Shown here one piece after another: positions 10,881 to 24,680 of a stretch of 64,000 nt of DNA. The number at the start of each line of letters is the position of its first letter. Within the stretch, counting starts at the first letter, position 1. The stretch is from Leucoraja ocellata. Lineage: Eukaryota. The stretch is taken from assembly GCA_036785375.1 (NCBI GenBank), contig JAWMAR010000841.1, forward strand, positions 434,001 to 498,000. The letters are read 5' to 3'. The notes under the pieces were generated by a model that had not been told where the DNA came from, searched no databases, and worked only from the letters and a program-made list of their open reading frames with translations. Both the position numbers and the translations under genes were made by a program.

Positions 10881-13800
10881 ACAGGCAATGTACCAGAATT
10901 CCCATGCAGCACAAGACATGCATTCTTCAGATCCTAGGTGTTCTTTGATGCCTCTATTTATTATATCGGCTCAAATGCTATTTAAATACGTCAGGAGTCA
11001 ATTTGCTGGGCTCTTTTTATTCACTGGAACACTGATTCCTATGTTCTTTTCAAATTCACTAGTGTTCAGTTTCTGTTTTTTAACTAAGTAGGATTCTACA
11101 TCACAAAGGGTTTATTGGCTGATCTTCTTTTAAACACTGGACTTTGCTGCTTGGTCTTTGCAACTGAGTGTGAGTCTGCCTTCCAGCCTTTTCAAACCAG
11201 GAGAGCCACACATATATTTGATGTCCACATGAGAAGAAGAGAGGGAGTGGAGACAATTTATCGAAAGGAAGGGCACCATTGACAGTGCAATAGTCTCAGT
11301 ACAAGATTTGTGTTCAAATCTTTAATGTGGAATACAGCCCCCAGTCTTCTATTATAACAACCGATGGTTCAATGGTGTTTTGTTTTCAGATATGCATCTG
11401 CAGAATTAACTTCCTTTTTTCATATATTACACATGTGGATGCCGCCATTTATTAACGCCACTATTCAAAGTCCTGTCAGCCCACGCACTCGATGTACTGG
11501 AGTATTTACCAGCGAACCGACGTCCCTCTTCTCTCCTCACCCGGCCATCTTTGTGTTCTGGGTGCCCCGCTTGCCTCTGTCCTCCTACCCCGGTTCAACC
11601 CCCCTAACGGCCCATTCCTAGTGGCCGGCGTCTCCAGCTCCCTCCCTGTTACGCTCTCCGACAAATGATTTGCAATTGAAAAATAAATTATAAAATGTGC
11701 AGCTCATTGGCTTATGGTATGTGAAAATATATGAAAATATCAATGCATTTTTAAAAATCTGCTCTTTTTCTGTAATTGTAACGACATTGTGCTGTAACAA
11801 TATTCTGCATTCTGGTATTTTTTTTTCTCTTTGCATTACCTGTTGTACTTGTGCGTGGCTTGATGGTATTCATGTATAGTATAATTTGACTGGATAATAT
11901 GCAAATTAAGGTTGTCTCAGTAACTCAGTACACATGACAATAATATACCAACCAATTTATTGTGCAATTTATTGCACAAGATGCTGCACATGTATTATAT
12001 AATAGAGATCCAAGTCATTGCATGGTTAACCTTGTGCACTTGTTTGCATGGATTGATGCTTTGAATGACTTTTTCCACGTTTAAATCAACTCCATTCACC
12101 CACTTTTGAAGCACATCATATTGAATGCTGTCAAACTCATCTGAGCACATCATTTATTGGATTCATGACGTTATCAGAATACAAAGGGAGAATTACTTAC
12201 TTACTGGAAAACTGAATTAAGGGATCATAAACATAGAAACATCACAAGGTCATTCATTAAAAAGTGAATCATTTTGTATTGAGGAAGTAACTCAAAGTAT
12301 TTGAGGGAGGAGAGAACTGAGCAAATTGTTGAAGTAGGGCATGACGTTGAGTATGATCATCTGTTTCTCCACTACAAATTGTACATGAAAACAACATCGG
12401 TTTTACCCTTCTGCACACATTAGATGATTAGTGTGTCCATCAGAGTCCAGGAGAAGGCTCCATCCTCGTAGTATCGTATCTCAAGCACAGCTTATTTTAT
12501 CATTACATTCTGTTTTGTACTTTGCCGAGCCAATTCTCAGCCCAGTAGGGTTTCAGTTCACCTAGTTTACTTGCCAATCAACTTGATGAGCTATAACAGC
12601 CTTGCATTTGGAAACATGTTCAGTGTTGTCTTCAATCCAAGAAAAAATATACTTTTTAAATGTGTTAATTCACGAAGTTATTAGCTCCCAGTGGAATTGA
12701 GAATGGCAGCACCTGTATAAAATCATGCTGACTCATGTCTGTTGAGACATTTGTGCTAAATATTCTTGAGACATTATCACTGCACATGATAGAACAGACT
12801 GATGAAATTCTCAGTTAATATGTCTCATCATTCTTTCTAAATTTAGAGGTTTTATTTACCATGTGCTGTTCTTGTATCGTTGTTTGAACTTAACTGTTTC
12901 ATTTTTTTACATATAAAAGAGATTGGGATGAGGGACCTGGCCCATTGTTTAGTAGAATGACAATCAACAGAGAGTATTAGAATGAAAGTAAATAGTTTCA
13001 GGAAGTAATGATGAGGAAAATCTAAACGAGTTTCTTATGAGAAGAAAATAATAGTTTGTAAAGAAGTTTTACAGAACCTATGTGTGAGTGAAGTTATAGA
13101 GCAGAAAATAAACTTGAAGACTTTGAAACTCTTCAACTCTTTAATTATGTCGCACTTTTAATAAAGTAGATTGTTCTTGAAGTTTATTGCTTAGAAAAGA
13201 TTGAACAGGCTGGAGCATTTTACAAAAGGTATAATGATGATCCATAAAAGGAATTTTGGAATATAAAGCATTTCAATGGGATTGACTGTAGCAGAAGCCT
13301 CTTGTGATATAGTCCAAAACCAGAGGTGATAGCTATAGGGAGATTGTTAAGAATTTCAATTTAGAGTTTAAAGGGCAAAAAGAGCAAATTGCAGAAGGTA
13401 CTTTACATGGACTGGACCCGAGTCATGGTGCAAATCGGTGTCCATCCCATAGCTTCCACAAATGCTTGGTCCACAGCATTTCTCTAGTAGTTTGTTTTTT
13501 GCTCCAAATTCCAGGATCAAAGTCTCTTGTGTCTTCGAAGAGTTTGAGGGATTGTTTAGATGTTTGGATTAAGTGTACATGGAGTGCTGGATGCAACTAC
13601 AAAAGGTTGTTTGGGAAAAATTGATAAACCCAAATAGAAGAATATGTGAGATTGGGGGCTGAAATAATGTGAAGGACACTGGGGTGGAGTGTAACTGCTG
13701 ACAGAGACCCGTTGGGCTAAACAGCCAATTTCATGTTGTAAATTAAATGTAAGAAGAGCATTGTTTGTGGGTAATGCTGCATAAACAGAAGTGGTTACAC

Positions 13801-14187
13801 AATTGTACTCTCAGCAAATAGAGGTGACAGGAAATGATATTTGATTGCCAACCTATCATTGGAATCTCCTGCACTGTGGTTCAAAACAAAGTTGTACTTT
13901 AAATTCTGTTGGCTCAGTATCTGAATAAAACTACTTAACACAGCTCATCACAGTTGGGAAATCAGAAGTGGTAGGAGGAGTTAATTCCTGCTACTGGAAT
14001 ATGATGAACCAGATTGATGAACAGTTGATTACTTCTGGGAATAAGGGTTTTGCTTCGGAAACAGTCAGATAAAACCATTCCAGCAAAGATAGCAGGCAAC
14101 CAGCCCACTGTTCCATAAAGAGGAATCCAATCACCCCTCATGTCTCTGCAAGTTATTTTCCTTCGGGTGCCTACAAATGTGAGTTAA

Positions 14188-14299
14188 TCCACCCCCCCCC
14201 CCCCATCTCTTCCCCCCCAAACCACCCCTTTCCCTCTCCCCTACCCCCGCCTCCCCCATCCCCCCTCCCCGCCCCCCCCCCCCCCCACACACACACACA
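14188..14299. repeat. C-rich low-complexity tract plus (CA)n; G-quadruplex potential on the minus strand
   Basis: Many C runs of 4 to more than 15 nt. Other C-rich tracts at 37222-37412 and 34966-34986; G-rich tract at 21585-21675. Confidence 0.85.
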
Positions 14300-14923
14300 G
14301 AAAAGCCTTCAAGATGATTTGTTTAAAAAAATGAATGGATGAAAGGAATGTCTTCAACCCTGCACCATGGAACTGCCTGTGCAGTAGTTGGTTCCAGCTC
14401 ACTGAAGGGGGAATTAACATCCTGAGTCATGTCTGGCTATTTCTGTTGCAACTGGAACGCACCTCCCTATTGGTGAGCTTTCCCAGCTGAAGGATAAGCA
14501 AATTGATGTTGGGACTATGCACTGCTGCTGACGTGCAATCCAATCGCGAGGCCTCCAGACAAGCTAAAAGAAGCAGTCTGTGTGTAATGTAATTACAGTG
14601 CTGACGAGGGCTATGATGCAGGATTAGGTGCTATATACAGTACAGAAACAGCTCAACACTCCAGTAGCATAGGTGGGCGACGATGCTGCATTAGTTGGTC
14701 AAAAAGGATGCTTAACTTGTTTTTAAAAGCCTTTGACAAGCAGGATTGCAGAGAAAAGATTGCTTATAGGCAGAAACAATTTTTCTAATTCAGGCCACAT
14801 GCAAGGCATGGGGTGACTAGATTCTTGTAAATCTATTTTATTTTAATAAGTGGTCTATAGAATATTATTTTTAAAAGCACTTTTTTAAATCCTCTTCTCT
14901 GTTCTCCCAAATCTCCTTTGCAG

Positions 14924-14978
14924 GGCAGTGCCCTTCTGCATTTCAATCTGCATTTCCCATGTCTCGTGGAGTTTCAAG
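14924..14978 (+). other. Exon-like segment, 55 nt
   Basis: Long pyrimidine tract ending ctcctttgcag| and a consensus donor AAG|gtaaga. Confidence 0.4.
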
Positions 14979-17900
14979 GTAAGAGCTTTATTCCATAAGA
15001 TAAGCATAAACCTTTAAAGCAGAGCCCTTTCTAGAAAAGTGACTTCTTACTGGCTGCCGAAATAATGAAACCGTGTGGTTTGTTCAACAAGGTGCTGTCC
15101 ATTGAACGTGCAGAATTATGCTCACTCGTGAATGTTATTCTGAGGGGAGCAAGTTGTATTAGTCTATATGTTACAAGGGCAACGCCGACCTAAATTTGAC
15201 GCAGGTAAAGCAAGACGAGGTTGAGTCATTTCAGGTCAAAGGAGATGACAGTGCTTTGCCATGTATCGTTGCAGTCGCCAGATATCCTGTTAGTGGATTG
15301 TCTTCCTGGTCGGTTGCGTTGTGCCTCATGGGTGGAGGTCTGATGTTTTGTAACAGCTCAGGCATGCTTTCAGTTGTAGTGATGTCTGCACTAACTCTCC
15401 CTCCCACAAGAAAACAGATGGAGAGGTTTTCTCACAATCAATTCTCATTTTAAAGTGAGGGCACTTGACACCATTTGTAGAGAGAAACTCAATAATTACC
15501 CCAGCCAGGAGAACCATTCCTGTTTTCCTACCTGTTTTTTTAATTTATTTTTAGCTCTCACAGGTCAATTGATGAAGGATGTCATGGTATGATTAGTGAT
15601 GTTATTGTTTGTGCTAGCCCCTTTCACTGAAAGAAAGTTGCCTGAATCATTGCAGAAAAAATGAAAAAGGAGACATCTTTGAATTGTAAAATTGATGTAG
15701 CACATAGTGCTCAAGCCTCAAGGAACGAAAGTCGGTGCGAATGAACTGAGAAAGCATCAGTAAACTATGTGCTTTAACCTGCAGTTTATTAAAAAAAAAC
15801 ATTTTATAGAACAATGATTGTGCAAATGGGGAGTTAAAACTCATTTATCCTTTAGGTGAAACCATTATGTCCTCTAAAAGAGCCTCAAATAGTGCCAAGC
15901 CAACTGCCTCTAGATCGGTTTTAAAGTAAGATTAGCACCATTCAGGATTAGCTGGAAAAGCATACAGTTCTCTCCTTTTTGTAGCTTCCTTTTTATCCAT
16001 CTTTCCATTTGAATGCTTTGTGTTATTTGACATTCAGCCATATACAGTTTCCCTTTCAGAGTTGGAAGCACCTTCATATCTTTTTGCTTCCACTCCACCC
16101 TGCACATTCTCAAGTGTGTGAATGCACATGTCCATCAGTGTTTGTCACTGCAATTTCTCCTGACTTGTATATTTAATATAATATCAGGGATATTGTAAAA
16201 ATAATGCACAGTTGTGCAGAATGCACTTTCTCTTTATTTTATTAGCTTTAGTTCGGGAGAGTTATAGAGCATGCACAGTTTTTGCGCTATAGGCAATAAA
16301 TCGAGCCTACGCCCTGTCCTCGATTGGGTAACATCGCAGGGTCATTAAGCTTAGCCTATGACCTTAGCATTCTCGCTTAAAAATCTAATGGGTTAAAACA
16401 ATTCCTTAACCAAAGTCTCAAAAAAAAATCATTAGAGCTCTCCAAAATATTTTTTCACAAAGGATAATGTTTCAGCAGTAAGATGTTAGGTTTAGTTGTT
16501 GCAGGGTTAATCCATCGATCAAGAGAAGGTTGGAGAATCTCTCCTTGTAATTGAAGAAAGGTGGGTTTAATGATATGAATTCTATGCATTTACCGAGGCT
16601 CTCTTTAACATTATGGTTTAAAGTACATAAAGCCTGAATTATGGGTGATGGAAAGGGGCAGGTGAATGTGAGAGCGTTTTCTTTTACAATGTGAAGAATT
16701 ATAAAATAATATTGCTGAATATAGCAGAATGAACAGACTGAGAAATATGTATCTGCATTGGTACTACATTCCAGTGCTGCAACAGTCACATGCTTACACT
16801 TTGAATGAAGCCTTAAACTAAACCTTGTCTACCACTCCTGGTGATTAATATTTTTAAACTGAAGTGCCAGTCTGCTGATCTACATTAGCTGCAATATGAC
16901 ATATTTAAAACCCGCATCCTCTTCTTCAAATTCATTCACGTCCTTATCCCTTTCCATCTCTGAGGCCTCTGTGAGCTCTAAAATTTCTGACTTACAATGT
17001 GTTTTGATCTCCTTTACACAACCTCTCCCCACGGGTAATATGCCTCTGGTCATGGAATCTTCTCTCTAAACTTTGTATTTCCCTAAATCCATTTAACGAA
17101 CCCTTCCTGTTTTTTCTTAGCTTTTTGCCCAAAAGGAAAAAATTAAGCAAAAAACTGCTGTAACGTTTATCCATACCGCAAATTGAATGTAACACAATTG
17201 ATAAATTAGGGAACAGTAATTATATTATACAAGCCAAATTGGTTATAACGCAATGTCGATTGACAACTAGAGAACCAGTTAAAAGCTACTGTGAAAATTG
17301 ACAAACAGGAAAAAAAGCTGTCTTGCAAAAAAAAAAGTGTTGGGAGGAAAAACTGTTTCCTCCCGTTGTAATCAGACACCACTGTCCCTCAGGAACATGG
17401 TCAGTTTCACAGCAGGTGGCTATTGACGAGCAATGGTTTCGATTAAGACTTTTGTAATGATATACTATTAAATAATGTAATATACAGCATTTAGTATTGT
17501 TAGCTTGCAATGATAAAAAACAATTAATGGCTATTAAAAGGACCCTTTGTTTTTGAAAACGTGTAGAGAAATCAAACTTTGTTATTGTGAGTCTGAAACT
17601 GTCTAGTGCTTAACCCCGTTTTCCCCTTGACACAATTATTTTTATAATATGATCGTCTATAATGTGAGGATTGGTAGGGACATAGCTTTCATGTTACAGC
17701 AGAGCTATCTGTACAGGAAATTGAAAATTTAAAAATAGTTCAGAGAATTATCAGATCCGGCTACATCCATGGAGAGTTTGGTCAAAATAAAGACATTGAA
17801 ACTACAGGTGACAGGTTATAGACATGAGATGACAACAGTGTTTCTCCCTCCATAGTTACCACCTGGCCTGCCGGGTGTCTCTAGCACTTTCTCTTTTCAT

Positions 17901-18756
17901 CTCTTTCTTGCTTGCTGTCAACTTTAGACAATTTGCTTTATTAATCATACTGTTGAACAAGAGTTTTTAACTTATGAAAACTGCTGCTAGTAATTCATGT
18001 TGGGGCAGATGAAAAAAAGTTAGACCTCTGCGCTTGAAAATAAAAGAAACTGCAGATGTTGGAACTTTAAAGGGAACAGTGAAATTAAAGGTCAACAGTT
18101 AATGTTTCCACTCTGTTTTCACAGATGCTGCCTGATCTGCTGAGTATTCCTGGCATTTTCTGTCCTTATTTTGGATTTCTTATCGTTAACATTTTTTCAG
18201 CCTAGTCATTGTTTTGTAGGTAGGGGTGTGCAACACCTCAGGTGGCTGAACAATGTCACATTAACAAGTAGCCCAAAATGATGATGCATCATGTTCCGAA
18301 AATCTATGTCAGCCTGACTTCCGGTCGATTGATAGCTTTCTCTGTAACTGTGATATAACTGCTGCAGGGAGAGGATGCTGGCTTTTACATTCCATTTACA
18401 AGCCTGGATTATGAAGTGCAATGAGGTTTGATTAACTCGGAGAGCCGTGCGGTCTGTGACCCACCCCCAGATCTCCGTAGATGTGGCCAGCACCGGATTC
18501 ATTTGTTGCTGTGTCATGTCTTGCACTTCCAAATACTCTCTGATTTAATTGAAAATGAAACGGCTGCAAGTATCTTGCTGTCTATTTTCAGTCATGTTCC
18601 ATTTAAAGGGCAATTAGTATTGCTTGACATTTTTACAAATTGTACTGCAGGAGGATAACATTTTACAAATCTAATCAAGAAAATAAATTGAAATGACTAA
18701 CACTTCAGTTTAGTATTTATTTTCAGTTTATCTTTTAATTTCCGTGTCGGCCTTTA

Positions 18757-19843
18757 TATATGGACTTTCAAAAAACCTTTGACAAGGTCCCACACAAGAG
18801 ATTAATGTACAAAATGAGAGCGCATGGTATTGACATGGATAGAGAACTGGTTGGCAGACAGGAAGCAAAGCATAGGAAATAACGGGTCCTTGTCAGAATG
18901 GCAGGCAGTGACTAGTGGGGTGCTGCAAGGCTCGATGCTGGGACCCCAGTTATTTACAATATAAACGATTTAGACGAAGGAATTAAATGTAACATCTCCA
19001 AGTTTGCGGATGACACAAAGCTGGGTGGCAGTGTGAACTGTGAGGAGGATGCTATGAGGCTGCAGGGTGACTTGGATAGGTTGGGTGAGTGGGCAGATGC
19101 ATGGCAGATGCAATATAATGCGGATAAATGTGAGGTTATCCACTTTGGTGGCAAGAACAAGAAGGCAGCTTATTATCTGAATGGTGTAAGATTAGGAAAA
19201 GCGAAGGTGCAACGAGACCTGGGTGTCCTTGTACATCAGTCACTGAAAGTAAGCGTGCAGGTACAGCAGGCAGTGAAGAAAGCAAATGGCATGTTGGCCT
19301 TCATAGCAAGAGAATTTGAGTATAGGAGCAAGGAGGTCCGACTGCAGTTGTACAGTATGCAGCTCTGGTCTCCTAGTTTGAGGAAGGATATTCTTGCTAT
19401 TGAAGGGGTGCAGCTTAGGTTCACCAGGTTAATTCCCATGATGGCAGGACTGACATATGATGAAAGAATGGATCGACTGAGCTTGTATTCGTTGGAATTT
19501 CAAAGGATACATAGAAACATAGAAAATTCTTAAGGGATTGGACAGGTTAGATGTAGGAAAATTGTTCCTGATGTTGGGGGAGTCCAGAACCAGGGGTAAC
19601 AGTTTAAGAATAAGGGATAGACCATTTAGGACTGAGATTAAATACTTTTTCAACCCGAGAGTAGTGAATCTGTGGAATTCTCTACCTCAGAAGGCAGTGG
19701 AGGCCAGTTCACTGGATGTGTTCAACAGAGAGTTGGATCTAGCTCTTGGGTCTAACGGAATCAAGGGATATGGGGAGAAAGCAGGAACAGGGTACTGATT
19801 CTGGATGATCAGCCATGATCATATTGAATGGCGGTGCTGGCTC
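18757..19843 (+). mobile_element. CR1/HER1-type LINE, ~1.1 kb RT to 3' end, frameshifted
   Basis: YMDFQKTFDKVP, QGSMLGP, KFADDTKLG, LQGDLDRLGEWADAWQM, VVNLWNSLP. Confidence 0.95.
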
Positions 19844-21149
19844 TGGTCTATGACACGTCTTAACACAATCAAAATAGTCCATGACAGCACCAAACCATTA
19901 ATGAATGAAAAACACTTGCTAGCCTGTCTTTTGTTCTCATGTAGAAGGTTTTCCCAGGTACATTGAGAAGAATTGTGAACAAATCTAAAAATGGCTATAC
20001 ATTTGGACAGGTAATTTATGAGTGCTTTGGACTTAGGCCTCAACCGTACGTTAAAGACAGTCTAACTTTGAATAGTCTGTGAGTGGCATTTTGGTTGATA
20101 TAATCTCTTACTTCATGCCTTTACACATTATTGTGCAGGTATCAATTTGTTAGAAAATTGAATACATGCCAATTGTGGTTTAAATAATATGATTATGCTG
20201 AAATGCACAGCATATATTTGTAAATGTTTTAGGACATCATTCTCGGTAAATATTTTAAGAATACTACTATGGTGATGGACATTGGACAGTGTTGAAGATT
20301 AAATATATATCACATGGTATGCATTTCAATATCACCTAGCATCAATTTCACGGGTAACGAACCACATTATTCTGTTTACCTGTTAATTCATCTAGAGCAT
20401 TTAATTGTTTACAGGTTTTCAGCAATGCAGAATTGTTTAACCTGAATGTAACTATGTTATTTCTGATGACTAAAAGGCATATGTGTGTGCGTGTATATAT
20501 ATAAATTATAATATATGAATGCCTTTCAGTCACTAGAAATAAATACATACATGCACGCATACAAGTGCGAACCTTGCCTCTGAATTTTACTCATAAGGGA
20601 ACTTTGCTGCCTCCCACAAGGAAGAGAAATTCTCTGCAGATTAATATCTATCCAATGTGACAAATCTGCCTCCCTTGAGCACATATGCAAGTTAAATAGT
20701 TTGATGCTATTGACTTGCTTGAGCAGAGGTGCAGGGACTCTACACGGGGACAAGCAGAATGTTCCATTCTATTTCACCATGTTTGGATGCCTCATTTAAA
20801 TCTGGGGAGTGTTTTAAATCCTTCAGAACAAATTGAATTTGTGGACTGACCTTGTGAGAGATATCTGTGGGAGTGGTGGGTCACACAGTTGTGCTTTGCC
20901 TCATTGATGATCATTATAAATTGCCTCGAGGTGAGACAAGATGGTAACGATTATTTTTTTTTACATAAAGACAGAATATTCTTAAAATACAGCTAGGATT
21001 TTATTTGTTTTTTTTTTGGCTTCTCGGTTACTTTTAAAAATTGTGCCTTAAAACGGAAATTGATGAGACTTTTTTTTGGATATTTAATTTCAAAAATCAA
21101 GAAACTTGCAAGTCATTGCCACCAATAGTTATCTTGTACTCAAAACCAG

Positions 21150-21470
21150 AAACTGCAGATGCAAAAGAAGATGCAAAGTGCTGGAGTAACTCAACGGCAC
21201 AGGCAGCATCTCTGGAGAACATGGATAGGTGATGTTACAGGTCGGAACCCTTCTTCAGATCGATCGCAGGTAGGGGAAAAGAAAGCTGAAGGAGAGGCCT
21301 AGAGACAGGACAAAGCCTGGCAGGTAGTAGGTTCAATATGTAGGAAGGAACTGCAGATGCTGGTTTATACCAACGATAGATACAAAGTGCTGGAGTAACT
21401 CAGCAGATCAGGAAGCATCTTTGTTGTAAAAGGATGGGTGACATTTTGGGTTGGAACCTTTCGTCAGTCC
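21150..21470 (-). mobile_element. Two tandem degenerate copies of the hammerhead-bearing family
   Basis: tgctggagtaactca...gcagcatctctggaga...ggtga...cccttcttcag occurs twice. Further copies at ~5821-5910, 27963-28058, 28591-28669, 29660-29740, 30323-30560, 32190-32420, 38684-38768, 48431-48500, 51405-51512 and 51944-52210. Confidence 0.65.
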
Positions 21471-22246
21471 CTTAGGTAATAGGTTGATATTGGTGTGGAG
21501 GGTGTTTTGACAGGCAGATGTTTGGACAAGTTGTGAGACAAAAGAATTGAAGAGTTACCAATTGTGAAGATAGAGGAAGGAATGAGGGGAGGGGGAGAAA
21601 TCGGTGTGTTCACGTGGGGCACGGGGGAAGGGGGGGGGGGGGGGAATAGAGGGAGAGGGAGGAGGTTATATGGGGTAGTGCTGAGGGTTCAAAGCCCCGA
21701 CCACCACGGGTGAGCAAAGGAGGAAGATGGCTGAACTTTATTGCCTTCCATCACAGCGAGGAATGTTGATTCCACTGTGGTGGATGTTTATGTTAAAATT
21801 ATTGTGCATTGCGTTCTATTTTTACTTGTAAGGCAACTCAATTGTCACTGTACCCTAATTGGTGTTTGTGACAATAAATGTAAACTTGAACTATGTGTAC
21901 TGGCCCCTGTGTGATTCCTGACCCACTGGTGAGATTGTCTCTTAAATAGATGGCAAGCCACACTGTTCAGGGGCAATTAAGGATAGACAGCGAATTTTGG
22001 TAATGGCCAAACCTAGTGAAATTACACCTCTTTTTAGTTAACTTAATTATCTTGCAACAATGCAAGGTTGCTGCAGCTTGGTTTCACCAAGACAAATTAA
22101 TCTTGTAAAGTCATGCACAAAAGACACTTACTCAATGATATTTTGTAGATGGTCGAGAAAATGATAATCATCTGGGAAGAACTAATGATATGTTCTTACT
22201 GACCTTAACAGGCAATGCATTTAAGACTTGATTCTATTCTACGTGG

Positions 22247-22247
<1 letters not shown>

Positions 22248-22274
<27 letters not shown>
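22248..22274. repeat. (TA)n microsatellite
   Basis: Directly visible. Confidence 0.95.
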
Positions 22275-22278
<4 letters not shown>

Positions 22279-24234
22279 CCACAGTCTTCTCAGAAGTTTT
22301 CCTATCTCACAAAGCATTGGTTAGAAAACTGGAGGAGGCAGCTTGAAAGTATTTCGGATACATCCAGGATATTTATTTACATCTAAGATATCTGTTTGCA
22401 TGATCGAAGTCGAAAATTAATTGTTGATTAACTTTAGCATGAAGAAATGCTTATCTTTTTTGCTGGATTAGAAGGAGACTAAACTATCTTAGTTCCAAAT
22501 AACTTCACTGGGTCCGATGTCCTGGATGATTTTCTGTTGTTGTCTGTGTTTTTAAAAATTAATAGTCTCAGATAATTATTTTCCATCTGTGTATATTTGT
22601 ATTAGATTATAGATTGGGGGTGGTAGTTCAAAATAATCTATTTTACATTACTAAAGGACATCTTGACAGGATGATTTCACATAGCTGCGGCCTGCGGGAG
22701 TATTGAGGAAGAATATGGAACTGCGGATAAGACTTTTTTCATCTTAATTATTGCTCTTATTTGACTGGGTTGGGTGGGATTTAAAACCCTGCAGTTGTGG
22801 AAGTTTATCATTGCCTGAGTGTCTACAGGAGAGCTGATCACGCAGTTACTCCATTGCTGCAGCTCGTTTACATTAGTTCACTCATTATACATATTTTATA
22901 TACATTATCTGAATAATAAATACAATAAAATTGTTATCCATCTTCTAATTTTTTTGTCAATGAGAGCACATGACCTCTAATGTGCTATTGACCAGAAAAT
23001 TGTGACCTATTTCCATTGTGGATTCAAGCCAGCTTTTATTTTAGACTTTAATGCTGTTACATTTATTTCCTGAAAGATGTTCTGGAAGAAATTAATTCGA
23101 ATTTCTGTCTGTGAGATGGTTTCACTTATTGATTTTAGGAGCCATTAGTTATTATTTATCTATATTTCTATCTCATTATGAGCACATCCAAGAAAAAGCA
23201 TTTGAAAAATGGGTGACTGTGCTGAATCCAAAAATGAATTGACATATTCAATACTAAAAAATTTGAAAGTCAAAACACATCGCAGCCATTACTCAAAAAG
23301 GGCCGTATTGGATGTCCAATAATTATAACTATGCTTGATATTTAATTCCATTTATTGCAATTTTTATCCTTTGGACCTTTCTGCAGTATAGGATCTTTTG
23401 GTTGGTTAAACTAATTTCTATAAAAAATAATTGTACATCAAAATATAAAAGGAATTGTAAAAGGGGAATGGCTCTGTTAACTGATTTTCTGATTTCATTT
23501 ACACAGGACTCTGGCAATGCTGTGAAGGATTTTCTTTTGGACAAATTAGTGCGCAATGCTGACAGGTACTCTGATATCCATATTTATTTCAATATCAAGA
23601 ACTTTCTATCCAAAGTTAAGGCATTCTTTTTATTTCATAAATTGATAGATGAAAGCAAGTATTTAATCAAAGAGTCACTCAAAACATAAACTGGTCCCTC
23701 AGCCAGTTGCATCTGTGCTGCTGAGCAACAAGCATCTCTTTAGGTTGATCCTACACGAATCCCATTTTATTCTTATCACATTCCCATCATAGACTCCATC
23801 CTCCTCACACCTTGTTTTCCAGCCTATCTTTGTGTATTCAGGAACCTGGCACATTGTACTCAGTTCCTCACTCTCGTCACTGATATGGGCCGCAACCAGT
23901 TGAGCCACAGCATTGATCTGCCAGTTTGCCAGCTTCAGTGTCATCCATTTATCCCCTCATTTTTCCTGTCAGTTAATCAGTCCTCTAGCTACATCAATGG
24001 TACGTGTTCTCACCGTTCTAATTCTCAGCTGTGACATCTTATTGAAAATATTGTTTGGAAAATGTAAATAGACCTCATACCCAAACAATTTATTACATCC
24101 TCCAAGAATTTTAATAAACCTTTCAAGCCCTATCTCCCTTCCCGAAAAACCACTTTACTCTGCGCGCTGAATATTTGTTTGAAGTCTCTGTCATTTATTT
24201 ATTTTTCATTATTTCTTCCCCAGTCATTACCTGC

Positions 24235-24680
24235 AAGGGGCCGATGACGAACGTTTGTCGGCACTGGGCCTGTACTCGCTGGAGTTTATACGAATGAGGG
24301 GGGACCTCATTGAAACATACAGAATAGTGAAAGGCTTGGATAGAGTGGATGTGGAGAGGATGTTTCCACTAGTGGAAGAGTCTAGGACTAGTGGTCATGA
24401 CCTCAGAATTAAAGGACGTTCTTTTAGGAAGGAGATGAGGAGCAATTTCTTTAGTCAGACGGTGGTGAATCTGTGGCATTCTTTGCTACAGAACGCTGTG
24501 GAGGCTGTCAGTGGATATTTTTAAGGATAGATTCTTGATTAGTACAGGTGTCAGAGGTTATGGGGAAAAGGCAGGAGGATGGGTTTAGGAGGGAGAGATA
24601 GATCAGGCATGATTGAACAGTGGAGTACTCTTGATGGGCCGAAGGGCCCAATTCTACTATTCCTTATGACCTTATGACTT
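24235..24680 (+). mobile_element. CR1/HER1-type LINE 3' end
   Basis: ORF 24255-24524 LGLYSLEF.RMRGDLIETY, ending in a (cttatgac)n tail. Confidence 0.9.

Noticed and set aside
11430-11550. Minus-strand peptide ...TLNSGVNKWRHP resembling LZTR1 TLNFG..HRWRRLP
   Set aside because: Only a few identities, no in-frame start from the nearby ATG (ATG GCC GGG TGA), and a stop follows immediately. Treated as chance.
19033-19798. RT-like ORFs as a possible retron or novel RT system
   Set aside because: They are frameshifted fragments of an ordinary vertebrate CR1-type LINE.
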